This document shows positions 51,005 to 60,840 of a DNA stretch of 64,000 nucleotides, one piece after another. Origin of the DNA: a bacterium (GTDB lineage: Bacteria > Bdellovibrionota_C > UBA2361 > CALJRW01); NCBI GenBank assembly GCA_031385045.1, contig JANNBC010000006.1, positions 1 to 64,000 of the forward strand, in the 5' to 3' direction. The translations under genes and the position numbers were made by a program. The notes beneath the pieces were generated by a model. The model did not search any database. It was not told the origin of the DNA and saw only the letters and a program-made list of their open reading frames with translations. How positions within the stretch are numbered: the stretch's first letter is position 1; each line of letters starts with the position of its first letter.

Positions 51005-51445
51005 ATGGAAACAATTTTTAATATTAATGATATTCAAGAAGCCTTACTGCATCGCTATCCATTTCTTTTAATTGATAAAGTGGTAGATTTTGTTGATAAT
51101 GAAAGCTTGGTGGCAATTAAAAACGTCACAATTAATGAAGAGTTCTTTAATGGACATTTCCCAGGTCGTCCGGTAATGCCAGGAGTTTTAATCCTAGAAG
51201 CTATGGCTCAATCTGCTGCTTTTTGTGCGGTTAAGTCGTCTCAAGGAATTGCCAAGGGCAAGGCTGTATTATTAGCTGGTGCTGATAATGTGAAATGGAA
51301 ACGAATGGTTCTTCCTGGCGATCAGTTAGAGATTCGGGTTAAATTTGTTAAATCAAGAAAGCCATTTTGGTATTTTGACGGCGAAGCTTATGTTGATGGT
51401 AAGTTAGTTGCTAAAGCAAGTCTACTTGCTGCCGAGACTGATTAA
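51005..51445 (+). CDS. fabZ: 3-hydroxyacyl-ACP dehydratase
   Basis: [34 protein letters not shown]. Confidence 0.96.
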   Translation: METIFNINDIQEALLHRYPFLLIDKVVDFVDNESLVAIKNVTINEEFFNGHFPGRPVMPGVLILEAMAQSAAFCAVKSSQGIAKGKAVLLAGADNVKWKRMVLPGDQLEIRVKFVKSRKPFWYFDGEAYVDGKLVAKASLLAAETD

Positions 51446-51466
51446 TGATTCTTTTTTGTAAGCTGT

Positions 51467-52267
51467 ATGTCAAATAATAATATTCATCCAACCGCCATTA
51501 TTGCTGATGGCGCCGAGATTGCCGAAGGCACAACTATTGGTGCTTATACTGTTATTGGCTCGCAGGTAAAAATTGGTAAGAATAACAAAATTGGTTCACA
51601 CGTTGTAATCGAAGGTCGCACAACAATTGCTGATCAGAATAATATCTTTCAGTTTGCTTCGATTGGAGCAATCCCGCAGGATCTAAAGTTTCATGGTGAA
51701 GAAAGTTCCTTAATCATTGGAAGTCATAATCTAATTCGTGAGTTTACAACTTTACAACCAGGAACCGAAGGCGGTGGAATGATTACTAAGGTTGGTGATT
51801 ACAATCTGTTTATGACAGGTGCTCATGTGGCTCATGACGTTAAGATGGGCAATCATAATATTATGGTTAATAATGCTGGTCTTGCAGGTCATATTACTAT
51901 TGGTGATCATGTCATTATGGGTGGACAATCTGGTTATCATCAATATATCCGTTTAGGTGATTATTCGATCATTGGTGGTGGAGCTATGGTGACCAAGGAT
52001 GTACCTCCATACTGTGTCGCACAGGGTGATCGTGCTGGTTTAGCTGGTATTAATAAGGTTGGCTTAGAACGTGCTGGTTTTTCAGCTGAGGAGCAGCGCT
52101 TAATTCAAAATCTCTATCGGGATATCTTTTTAGCCGAAGGTACTTTTGCTAATAAATTAGCTGCCTTAATTGAAAAAAATAAAGGCAATCTGATTGCTGA
52201 AAAATTCTTATTATTCCTGAAAGATAGTGAACGAGGTATAGTTCTACCTAGGAAATCTTCTAACTAA
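51467..52267 (+). CDS. lpxA: UDP-GlcNAc O-acyltransferase
   Basis: Hexapeptide repeats, PQDLKF, IRE, HVAHD, DVPPY. Confidence 0.96.
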   Translation: MSNNNIHPTAIIADGAEIAEGTTIGAYTVIGSQVKIGKNNKIGSHVVIEGRTTIADQNNIFQFASIGAIPQDLKFHGEESSLIIGSHNLIREFTTLQPGTEGGGMITKVGDYNLFMTGAHVAHDVKMGNHNIMVNNAGLAGHITIGDHVIMGGQSGYHQYIRLGDYSIIGGGAMVTKDVPPYCVAQGDRAGLAGINKVGLERAGFSAEEQRLIQNLYRDIFLAEGTFANKLAALIEKNKGNLIAEKFLLFLKDSERGIVLPRKSSN

Positions 52268-52273
52268 AATCTT

Positions 52274-53107
52274 GTGGATAAATCCAAATTAATTGCTTTA
52301 GTTGCTGGAAACGGTCGTTTCCCAATAGAGTTTTGTCAGAATGCCAAGGAACAAGGTTACCAAATTCTCAGTATTGCCTTAGGTGGAGAGGCCGAAGCCG
52401 AGCTAGAGCAATATTCTGATTTTTATCATTGTATTAAAATTGGTGAATTTGGAAAATTATTAAAGCTCCTAGCGGACTATCAAGTAACAGAGGTAGCCTT
52501 TGCCGGTGGGATTAGAAAAGTTCGTCTCTTTGATGGGCTCTCATTAGACTTAACAGCGATTAATCTGATGGCGAAAGCCAGATCCTTAAATGATGATGTG
52601 ATCCTTCGTAAGATTGCTGAAGAAATTGAAAAGAAGGGGATCACTGTTGTTCAAGCAACCAAATTTTTAACTAAAAGCGTACCAGCGAAAGGACTACTCA
52701 GTAAGCGCAAGCCAAGTAACGAAGAACTTGCTGGTCTGGAGTTTGGATTACCGATCACTAAGGGGATTGGAGCCTTAGACTTAGGGCAATCAATCGTTGT
52801 TGCTGAAGGTATGGTTGTTGCTGTTGAAGCCGTGGATGGGACTGATGCTACAATTTTGCGTGGTGGGCGAGTAGCTAAGGCATTCGGCGATTTTAAAGCA
52901 GGCAAAGGAGCCATCTTAATTAAATTAGCCAAGCCTCAACAGGATTTACGTTTTGATTTGCCTACGATAGGACCAAAGACAATTGAGAATTGCTATCAAG
53001 CAGGAATTAGTGCCATCTTTCTTGAAGCCGATAAATCATTAATACTAGAGATTGAGGTAACAATTAGCTTAGTTAATAAATATCAACTTGCACTTCAGGT
53101 AATTTAG
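52274..53107 (+). CDS. lpxI: UDP-2,3-diacylglucosamine pyrophosphatase
   Basis: AGNGRFP, DLGQ, AVEAVDGTD, K..KPQQDLRFDLPTIG. Confidence 0.92.
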   Translation: MDKSKLIALVAGNGRFPIEFCQNAKEQGYQILSIALGGEAEAELEQYSDFYHCIKIGEFGKLLKLLADYQVTEVAFAGGIRKVRLFDGLSLDLTAINLMAKARSLNDDVILRKIAEEIEKKGITVVQATKFLTKSVPAKGLLSKRKPSNEELAGLEFGLPITKGIGALDLGQSIVVAEGMVVAVEAVDGTDATILRGGRVAKAFGDFKAGKGAILIKLAKPQQDLRFDLPTIGPKTIENCYQAGISAIFLEADKSLILEIEVTISLVNKYQLALQVI

Positions 53108-53120
53108 ATTAGAACTGCTT

Positions 53121-54623
53121 CTAATTCGCCTTAGCATACATAGCAAAACCACTATCAATATAAATATTTTTCCATTCAGCTTGAAAAAAAGGTAAGACAT
53201 GGGCGAGGGGAACCTCTCTTGAGGCTAAGATAAAGTCCGGATTCCATTCGGCAATTGATTTATTCCAACCTTCTCTAACACCATATATTTGATAGGATGT
53301 TCGGTAATCTGCAATGGGTACGCCTTGAGTGCGACCATCTGTTGTTACTTGAAAGTTAGTAATTCCTTTCTCAAAAAGAGACCAATAACACCAACCCCCA
53401 TAGGTAAACTCGGTAAGAATTTGAAATTTTTTCCGGGGCAAATCAAGGCTTGCTAGCTGCGAGCAAGCTAATGATGGAGTGAATAAGGCGATATCATCGG
53501 CCACTTTTTCTTTACTCTGTAGTCGGTTAAGTACTCCCAGAGTCAGCGAAAGATTAAAAGATATTAGTAGGATTACTAATAGTTTTTGATTTGGTCGGTA
53601 GGAAATCGGAGGTAGTATTTTAATCCAAGAGACTAATGCTAGAATCGCAAAGATGCTCGAGAATTTTACTGACTCAAATAGCAAGTAAAGACTAATCGCT
53701 CCTGCTAAATGAATGCCAAGATCTCTAGATAAACTTTTTTTATCAACAAAGCGAACTAAGCAAATTAGATAGGCAAAGCAGATATAGCTTGTCGGTTCCC
53801 AACCTTGAAAACCACCTAAGAACTCTGTAATAAATTTTTTAAGGAAAGCGTCCGTTTGGAGATACTCTAAGATTAATGAATAGTTTTGAAAGTAATCATT
53901 AAAGTTTTCTCCATTTGTAAAAATACCGTATGGAGAAATAAAACCAGCAAGTGAAATGAGGCAAAGAATTAAAAGATTTTTAAGAACTAAATCTTTAGTT
54001 TGATAGTTAGTCAGAGTTGGAATGACACGGTAACAAAAATAAAGAAAAGGAATAAAAATCCAATAGACATGAACATTAACCAAAATGATGGCTAACAAGA
54101 ATAATATAAGCCCTTCTAGCTTCAGCGCTGGCTTAAGTAATAGGTAACAGGTGTAGCTGATCATTAGAAAAGAGATCAGTTGAGGGCGAACCGAGGAGAC
54201 ATCTTTTAATAAATAACAGCTGGCAAAAGATGCAACAAGGGCAATCAAAATGGACTGACTTTGTTCCTTGGTAATATTAAGTGCAATCTTAAAGAGTGTT
54301 AAACAAGTTAAGCTAAAGATTGTTGAATAAAAACAGATTAGCTCTAAGTAGCCATAATTTTTATAAATCTGATACATGACTAGCTGAATTAACCAGTGAT
54401 AATCATGCCAGAAGTTTTGTCTGGAATTAATAAAATCAAAGGGAGGAACTAGCATGGAAGCGGATAGATTATTTTGTTGCCAGGCCAAGGCAATTTGCCC
54501 AGAGATCCATTTTCCACCAGCTAAATGCCAAGCCAGATCGGGATCGTAAATTGGTCTTTCCCAAAAGAAAAGGGAATATAAAAATACTGCTAGGTAGGCA
54601 AGAAATAGGGTTAATTTTGACAT
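53121..54623 (-). CDS. Polytopic membrane protein, probable GT-C glycosyltransferase
   Basis: DPDLAWHLA.G after TM1, W..YHWL, RPQL, VNVH, C-terminal DGR motif. Confidence 0.65.
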   Translation of the reverse strand: MSKLTLFLAYLAVFLYSLFFWERPIYDPDLAWHLAGGKWISGQIALAWQQNNLSASMLVPPFDFINSRQNFWHDYHWLIQLVMYQIYKNYGYLELICFYSTIFSLTCLTLFKIALNITKEQSQSILIALVASFASCYLLKDVSSVRPQLISFLMISYTCYLLLKPALKLEGLILFLLAIILVNVHVYWIFIPFLYFCYRVIPTLTNYQTKDLVLKNLLILCLISLAGFISPYGIFTNGENFNDYFQNYSLILEYLQTDAFLKKFITEFLGGFQGWEPTSYICFAYLICLVRFVDKKSLSRDLGIHLAGAISLYLLFESVKFSSIFAILALVSWIKILPPISYRPNQKLLVILLISFNLSLTLGVLNRLQSKEKVADDIALFTPSLACSQLASLDLPRKKFQILTEFTYGGWCYWSLFEKGITNFQVTTDGRTQGVPIADYRTSYQIYGVREGWNKSIAEWNPDFILASREVPLAHVLPFFQAEWKNIYIDSGFAMYAKAN

Positions 54624-54830
54624 CGAAATTTGGAGCTACAGACTGTGTAAATATAGCGGTATTACTAAAGGTCGCCAATAGGTTTATTAAGAGGTACTCA
54701 AAAACTTTCCAACTGAGAAGAAGTAAGATAAATCTTACAAAAAGTACTCCTGACTTGATATTTTCCCAAGGTAATCTATACTTCTTACACTTAGAATCAG
54801 CATTTTTACTGATATTTTTATTCTCCACTT

Positions 54831-57800
54831 ATGCCAGGAATTAGTTATAAAATCACCCATAAAAGTCCAAAGATAGTCTCTTACTTTGAAGTAGGTTTTT
54901 CTAAAGAAGCTAATTTAACCAAAGAAGTTAATCGTTTTCTACAGCTTAGCTTAAGTACAATTTGGAAGAGTCGTACCTACTGCTTTGTGCACGAGGCAGA
55001 TGTTAATCTAGCGAATTTAGAAAATGGCAAACCTTTTCTTGATCCAGCACTAAGCTCTTGTAGTTTTAATTCTAGCTTGGCACTGAAAATTTCTAAGGAT
55101 TTACCTTTTGATTACATTATTCAAGCTGGTCTAAAACCGGGAACAAGTGATGCTGAAGGAATGACCGCATTAGAGCAAGCATTTTCTGCTAGCGGTTCAA
55201 AGTTAATTGGAAATGAACAGGGATTTTTAATTACCAGTTATTACATTGATGGACAATTAGATGAGCAACAAAGAATCGGTCTAAGTAAGTTCTTATTTAA
55301 TCCTGAGCTATTTGAGAGCCAAATTATTACCAAAGCACAGTTTCATCAGGGACAATCGGTCATTTTACCCATCGTAGAATTAGAAAATTTGATGGAAGTT
55401 CAAGAGCTCCCAATTGCTGATTTTTCTGATCAGCAGTTACTAGAGCTTAATTCTAAACGTAAATTAGCCGCAACAATTGAAGAGCTAAAGTACTTTCAGT
55501 CTGTCTATCAAAATCCAGAATTTGTCCAACTACGAGAATCATTAGGCTTAAGTTCTAAAGCAACGGACGTAGAACTAGAGACTTGGTTTGGTTTAAGATC
55601 AGAGCATTGTTTTCATAAAGAGTTTAATGCTCGCATAATTCTAGATGTTGAGGTTGATTCTGTTTTTCAAAAGGCAATTGATCAAGGGTGGTTAAAACAA
55701 GTTGCTGGACAATTGGTTTTAGAGCGGGGAATGTTCAAGACTTTTATTAAAGATCCAGCATATGCAGTAAATGATCGCTTAACTGCTCGGGGCTGTAACT
55801 GGATTGCTAGTATGTTTTCCGATAATTCTGGGGTGGTCTATTACGATCAGGATTTCATGTATTGTCTAAAGGTTGAGACACATAACTCACCATCCAATAT
55901 TGAACCTGTGCAGGGTGCCAAGACAGGCTTGAATGGAAATTTTCGCGATATTATGGGTACGATGCAGGGTACTTTTGATATTTTAATGGGATTCTTTTGT
56001 TACTGTACTGGAAATCCTAATTACCAAGGATGGCTTCCAAAAGGAGTTAAGCATCCATATTTAATTCTAAAAGGAATTACTCGCGGAATTCGTGAAGCCG
56101 GTAATGAAATGCAAATTCCAACACTTAATGGTTTAGTCTTTAGTGACCCTAGATATATTGCTAAATGTTTAGTCTATGCTGGAGCTGTCGGTTGGTCACC
56201 AGTTAAGTCAGTTACTGGATATGATTACCGAACAAAAGAGCCTAGTCCGGGCGATCAAGTTTTAATTGCTGGACAGGCTGTAGGAATTGATGGAATTCAT
56301 GGTGCAACAGAAAGTTCTTTATCCGCCAGTAGTGAAATTAGTTTAGGGCATGTTCAAGCTGACTTTTCTTTTATTCAGGTCAAGGTTAAAGAATTTATTT
56401 TGGATGCTTCACGCCAAGGACTCTTTACTGCCGTAACAGATTTAGGAGCAATGGGACTAGGCTCTGCTAGTCATGAAATTGCTCGAAGCACTAATGGTTT
56501 AGTGATGGATTTGGCGAAGCATCCCGTGAAGTATCAAGGTATTCAGCCTTGGCAAATTAATTGCTCGGAAACTCAGGATCGGATGTTACTAGTTAGTCAT
56601 CCTAAAAATCTAGTTAAGATTCAAGAGCTAGCCAAATTTTATGAAATTGAATTATCTAATGTTGGTCATTTAGAGAACAATAATTTAATTCAACTTAAAT
56701 ATCAGGATAAGTTAGTTGGTTTGTTTCAAATCAATTATCTATTCTCATCTGAACCACGAAAAGTCCTTCAAGGTAAATGGCAAAAGCTAATTCCTGCTAA
56801 CAATAAAACAGTTAATGAAGTTACGGATTTAAATAAAGACTTAGCTGAAGTTTTGAAGCATCCAGACGTGGCTTCGAAGGAATGGTTTTTCCGTCAGAAA
56901 GACTTTTCTGTAAAAGGTGGAACAATCATTGCCCCACTATTTGGTAAAAAGTTAAATATTGATTCCGACGCAACATTACAAAAACCATTAGATACAATTG
57001 ATCGCGACTTAGGGGCCTTGGCATTTGCCATGGCTTGTAGTCCAAAGTTAGCGGACTTAGATCCATATTATTCTGTTCAAAAATCTTATTATGATTTACT
57101 TGGAAAAATTTTAGCAATTGGGGGAGTCCTTCCAGATTTAACTAGTCCTAGCTGGGACGCTTGGGCCGTTTGTGGAAACTACTGTCAGCCAAACTCCGAT
57201 GCGGAATACACCATGGATCGTGATAGTGGACTTAAAAATTGTGCGGATTTAGTTCGTGAGGGAATTGCAGTTGCTGAACTCGTCCAAGAATTTAATATCC
57301 CAATTATTTCTGGTAAGGATAGCATGAAATGCTCCTGTACTTACGAAGTTGATGCCAGTTTTGATCTTAATCAAGTCCCTTATAATTTAAGAAATCAAAT
57401 CAAAATCAAAACTCTGGCTAATGGACAGAGAAAGATTGAGATTCATGACCCTGCAACTTATTTAATCTCTGGAGCAGTTAAGATTAATGACTATCGTAAA
57501 TGCCAAAATCCAAGTTTTAAATTTGCGGGAGACTTAGTTTATCTGTTGCAAGTTGCGCCAGCAGAAGGCCTGGCGGGAAGTGCCTGGGAAGAAGTATTAA
57601 ATGATCGTGTGCAAGTTAGTTCTATTGGAACTTACGCACCAATTATGACTGAGGATTTCAAAGCACTAGCTGGAAAATTAGCAGAATGCTTTACTCAGGA
57701 ACTGCTAGCTTCCTGTGCCTATGTTCATGCTGGTGGACTACTAACTAGCATTTACAAGTCAGTTGCTGCATCCGAGCTAGGGATTAATTTGAAGTTAAAT

Positions 57801-58040
57801 TCTAAGGGCAGAAAACTTAGTGAAGAGTTATTCTCGGAACGACCTGGTAGATTTGTAGTTAGCATTAATCCCGAAAACCAAGCGACATTTGAAAAAATAT
57901 TTTCCAAGGAAGAATTAATCCCAATTGGTGAGGTGACCTCCTCAGAATTCCTTGTGAATTCAGAACAAGGAAGTTGGCAGTTAGATTTAACAAGCCTAGA
58001 TAATTCTTATCACCAAACTTATAATTTTGGAGCGAAATAG
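54831..58040 (+). CDS. purL: Phosphoribosylformylglycinamidine synthase synthetase subunit (with PurS-like N-terminus), divergent
   Basis: SEHC, DNSG, KVETHNSPS, DGIHGAT.SS, ISGKDS, LFSE; PurS-like LKPGTSDAEG. Confidence 0.85.
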   Translation: MPGISYKITHKSPKIVSYFEVGFSKEANLTKEVNRFLQLSLSTIWKSRTYCFVHEADVNLANLENGKPFLDPALSSCSFNSSLALKISKDLPFDYIIQAGLKPGTSDAEGMTALEQAFSASGSKLIGNEQGFLITSYYIDGQLDEQQRIGLSKFLFNPELFESQIITKAQFHQGQSVILPIVELENLMEVQELPIADFSDQQLLELNSKRKLAATIEELKYFQSVYQNPEFVQLRESLGLSSKATDVELETWFGLRSEHCFHKEFNARIILDVEVDSVFQKAIDQGWLKQVAGQLVLERGMFKTFIKDPAYAVNDRLTARGCNWIASMFSDNSGVVYYDQDFMYCLKVETHNSPSNIEPVQGAKTGLNGNFRDIMGTMQGTFDILMGFFCYCTGNPNYQGWLPKGVKHPYLILKGITRGIREAGNEMQIPTLNGLVFSDPRYIAKCLVYAGAVGWSPVKSVTGYDYRTKEPSPGDQVLIAGQAVGIDGIHGATESSLSASSEISLGHVQADFSFIQVKVKEFILDASRQGLFTAVTDLGAMGLGSASHEIARSTNGLVMDLAKHPVKYQGIQPWQINCSETQDRMLLVSHPKNLVKIQELAKFYEIELSNVGHLENNNLIQLKYQDKLVGLFQINYLFSSEPRKVLQGKWQKLIPANNKTVNEVTDLNKDLAEVLKHPDVASKEWFFRQKDFSVKGGTIIAPLFGKKLNIDSDATLQKPLDTIDRDLGALAFAMACSPKLADLDPYYSVQKSYYDLLGKILAIGGVLPDLTSPSWDAWAVCGNYCQPNSDAEYTMDRDSGLKNCADLVREGIAVAELVQEFNIPIISGKDSMKCSCTYEVDASFDLNQVPYNLRNQIKIKTLANGQRKIEIHDPATYLISGAVKINDYRKCQNPSFKFAGDLVYLLQVAPAEGLAGSAWEEVLNDRVQVSSIGTYAPIMTEDFKALAGKLAECFTQELLASCAYVHAGGLLTSIYKSVAASELGINLKLNSKGRKLSEELFSERPGRFVVSINPENQATFEKIFSKEELIPIGEVTSSEFLVNSEQGSWQLDLTSLDNSYHQTYNFGAK

Positions 58041-58883
58041 ATGTTAGCTAAAAATATAAAAGTTTTAATTATTCACGGCTTGGGAATCGGGTGTCATGAG
58101 GAGAGTAAGCAAGCCTACCTGCAATCTGGTGTGCAAGTCGACTTGATTCACTTCAATCAATTACTAGAAAGCAAAGAGAAGCTTGCTAACTATCAGATTA
58201 TTAACATTGCTGGTGGTTTTATGCATGGAGATCTTTTAGGTTCGGCAATGTGTGCTGTTAATCAATTAAATATTCATGGCCTGACTGATTCTTTTTGGGA
58301 TTTTTCAGAAAAAGGTGGAGTGATTTATGGCCAATGTAATGGATTCCAGTTGCTAGTTAAATCAGGATTATTGCCCGCGGCAGACGGTAATTATTCTCAG
58401 CAATTAGTAACTTTAGCACATAATGATTGTGGAAGTTACCGCGTTGCCTATGTTCCACATCGCCTAAAGAATAAACATTTTGCTTTTGCTGGCCTTGAAG
58501 ATCAGGTCTTTCATTTATGGTGTCGACATGGGGAAGGGAAGCTTCAGTTTAATGATCAGTTTAGTACCTTAGGCCAAGCTAAAACGCAGACCGTTGACCA
58601 GATTATGGCAGAACATGTTTTATTAGAATATGCCAATCCAGAAACTGGTAAGAGTACTGAAGAATTTCCGCATAATCCAAATGGCTCTTACTTAGGAATC
58701 GCTGGACTAAAAAGTAGCAACGGAAGAATTTTTGGCCAAATGGCACATCCGGAAGTTTCGGTCTTTGATTTCACAGATCCACAAGTCTTTGAAAAGAAAG
58801 AGGCACTAAAGCGAGGCGTTAAAACACAAGAGAAGCTAGTTGGAAAAACTATTATCAATAATTTAGTAAATTATTTTGCCTAG
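58041..58883 (+). CDS. purQ: FGAM synthase glutaminase subunit
   Basis: GGF.HGD, CNGFQ nucleophile, HGEG, PHNPNGS, HPE. Confidence 0.9.
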   Translation: MLAKNIKVLIIHGLGIGCHEESKQAYLQSGVQVDLIHFNQLLESKEKLANYQIINIAGGFMHGDLLGSAMCAVNQLNIHGLTDSFWDFSEKGGVIYGQCNGFQLLVKSGLLPAADGNYSQQLVTLAHNDCGSYRVAYVPHRLKNKHFAFAGLEDQVFHLWCRHGEGKLQFNDQFSTLGQAKTQTVDQIMAEHVLLEYANPETGKSTEEFPHNPNGSYLGIAGLKSSNGRIFGQMAHPEVSVFDFTDPQVFEKKEALKRGVKTQEKLVGKTIINNLVNYFA

Positions 58884-58897
58884 AAAGATATTGGTCG

Positions 58898-59479
58898 TTA
58901 GTAGATTATACCTTGGTATTTTCGCATTATTTCTGATGCTTGCTCCCGCATCAGATCTTTGACTACAATAATGTTTCTTTTTTCGTATTCCTCGATCCAA
59001 TTAGGGTGAATGGGACCTTCATCAAATCCTAGTATTTCCTCCGTGTCTGCGGCAGAACTAGCGACCAGTAACTTGCCAATTCCAGCCCAAACTCCGGCTC
59101 CACAACATTGAGCGCAAGGTTGGCTAGAACTAGCAAGAGTACAACAGCCAACGCTACTTAGGGAGTAATTATTGATATTTTTTTGAGCCAGTTGCAAAGC
59201 TAACATTTCCGCATGAGCAGTTGAATTATTTTCTGGTACAACTAGATTAACACCAACTGATAAAATCCAGCCATCTGCGTCAAAAACAATTGCAGCAAAG
59301 GGCCCACCTGTCTTAGAAGTGATTTGTGATTCTAAAAGCTCCAAAGTAAGAGTCATTTGTTCCTTTTCATCTAAATAATTTTTAGAGATTTTATCGGCAA
59401 GAAAAATACTAGTCCATGCAGGCAATTGCAATTCTAGTTTTGTAATTAGTGGATAGGGATTAACTTGTTTCTTATTCAT
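58898..59479 (-). CDS. Zn-dependent nucleoside/nucleobase deaminase (CDA superfamily, guanine deaminase-like)
   Basis: GGPFAA, HAE, PCAQC, GFDEGP. Confidence 0.88.
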   Translation of the reverse strand: MNKKQVNPYPLITKLELQLPAWTSIFLADKISKNYLDEKEQMTLTLELLESQITSKTGGPFAAIVFDADGWILSVGVNLVVPENNSTAHAEMLALQLAQKNINNYSLSSVGCCTLASSSQPCAQCCGAGVWAGIGKLLVASSAADTEEILGFDEGPIHPNWIEEYEKRNIIVVKDLMREQASEIMRKYQGIIY

Positions 59480-60062
59480 AGTTGATTATTTTTTTAGGTG
59501 TGAAGTATTTATAGACAAGTATTGCCACAAAATCATAAAGAGCATGAATGGCAACACAAACCAAAACTGAATTAGTCACTAAATAAACCAATGAAAAATA
59601 AACTCCAACTAGTGTATAGATTAGAATTAACTCTCTTGAATTTTTAAAATGTCCAATAAAATGAATACTGGCAAAGGCAAAACTACTTGCTAGTACTCCA
59701 ATGATTAGACCACAGTTATCACTAAGGATGTTTAAAAGTAAATCTCTAAAAAACAGTTCTTCCCCAATACCAGCCATTACAGAGATAGCTAGAGCTAAAG
59801 GTATATTTAAAACCTGGCATAGCGGATAAACTTTAGTTGTCACAAAATCCTTTCTGTTTTGATTAGGAAAGAAAATAAAAAGTAGGTAATTTAATAAAAG
59901 TAGCGGAATTACTAGGAATAATACTATGCAAAGAAATACGTCAAGGGAATATGGCTTACTAGCTGGAGTTATAAAATCAAAAAAATAAGCCAAAAACCAT
60001 AGTAAGGATAAGACTCCCTCCGTTAAAAAACCGACTAAAAGAATTAAAGATTTGGCTGACAA
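59472..60062 (-). CDS. CPBP (CAAX protease/Abi) intramembrane metalloprotease
   Basis: EELFFR, FASIH, HALYD motifs; polytopic. Confidence 0.9.
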   Translation of the reverse strand: MSAKSLILLVGFLTEGVLSLLWFLAYFFDFITPASKPYSLDVFLCIVLFLVIPLLLLNYLLFIFFPNQNRKDFVTTKVYPLCQVLNIPLALAISVMAGIGEELFFRDLLLNILSDNCGLIIGVLASSFAFASIHFIGHFKNSRELILIYTLVGVYFSLVYLVTNSVLVCVAIHALYDFVAILVYKYFTPKKIINYE

Positions 60063-60066
60063 GGTT

Positions 60067-60654
60067 TTATATTCTAAGTTGATTTAATAAGTCCCTAATG
60101 GAGGCATCAATACTCTTATCAAGGATCCTCTGTAATTGAGCCTGAAATGGCATTGTTTTATATTCCGAATAAGCACTACTCATTGTATATGTAATTGGAA
60201 TATTAACCCGCAGTGAATCAAATTCGCCACGTAACTTTACTTTAGAGACTACTTTTCTAGTCATTAGTAAGTCATAAGCAGTCAGTTGAATATTGCTTAA
60301 ATCTACCTTGATTTGATCAATTTTTAGGTTATTAGGTTTTCGTTCTAGGTCAATCCTTGGGCGATATCCCCTAAGAGTTAGTTCAGTATAGAGTTTTTGA
60401 AGCAAGGATTGCTCTAAAAGTTCGTGTCGAATGTTACCCATGGGAAACAAGATTCCTAAATATTGATGCCCAAGCGAATCTAAATTAAAGGAATTCGTAA
60501 CTTTTAAGATTATTTCACGATTATTGCTATTAGCTAGCGCAATAACTTCCGGTTTAACTCCAGAGGGGTAAAGATTGCTGGTTGTGCAGGAACACAAAAA
60601 AATAGCCAGAGAAAGGCAAAATTTGGATATTATTTGAAGATATTTATTAGCCAT
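60067..60654 (-). CDS. Hypothetical lipoprotein
   Basis: Lipobox LCSC; first gene of a three-gene minus-strand run. Confidence 0.65.
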   Translation of the reverse strand: MANKYLQIISKFCLSLAIFLCSCTTSNLYPSGVKPEVIALANSNNREIILKVTNSFNLDSLGHQYLGILFPMGNIRHELLEQSLLQKLYTELTLRGYRPRIDLERKPNNLKIDQIKVDLSNIQLTAYDLLMTRKVVSKVKLRGEFDSLRVNIPITYTMSSAYSEYKTMPFQAQLQRILDKSIDASIRDLLNQLRI

Positions 60655-60840
60655 TAGGGTTCCTGTGTTATATTTGGCTATGTTCAGGCCAAATATTTAT
60701 TTAAATATAAAAACTTACAAGTTGCCACTAAGGCAACATAACATTACTATAGTGTAGTGAACATTGTATTTTCGGTAATTTTCAATGTCACTGAGGATAT
60801 TTTTAAACGCTGGATTCTTTTCCAACTAATGTAGTTAATC

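Noticed and set aside
54469..54844. Two overlapping ORFs (119 aa minus, 97 aa plus) between the GT-C-like gene and purL
   Set aside because: Non-ATG starts, overlap with flanking genes, and they occupy the only space for divergent promoters; a small membrane peptide cannot be fully excluded
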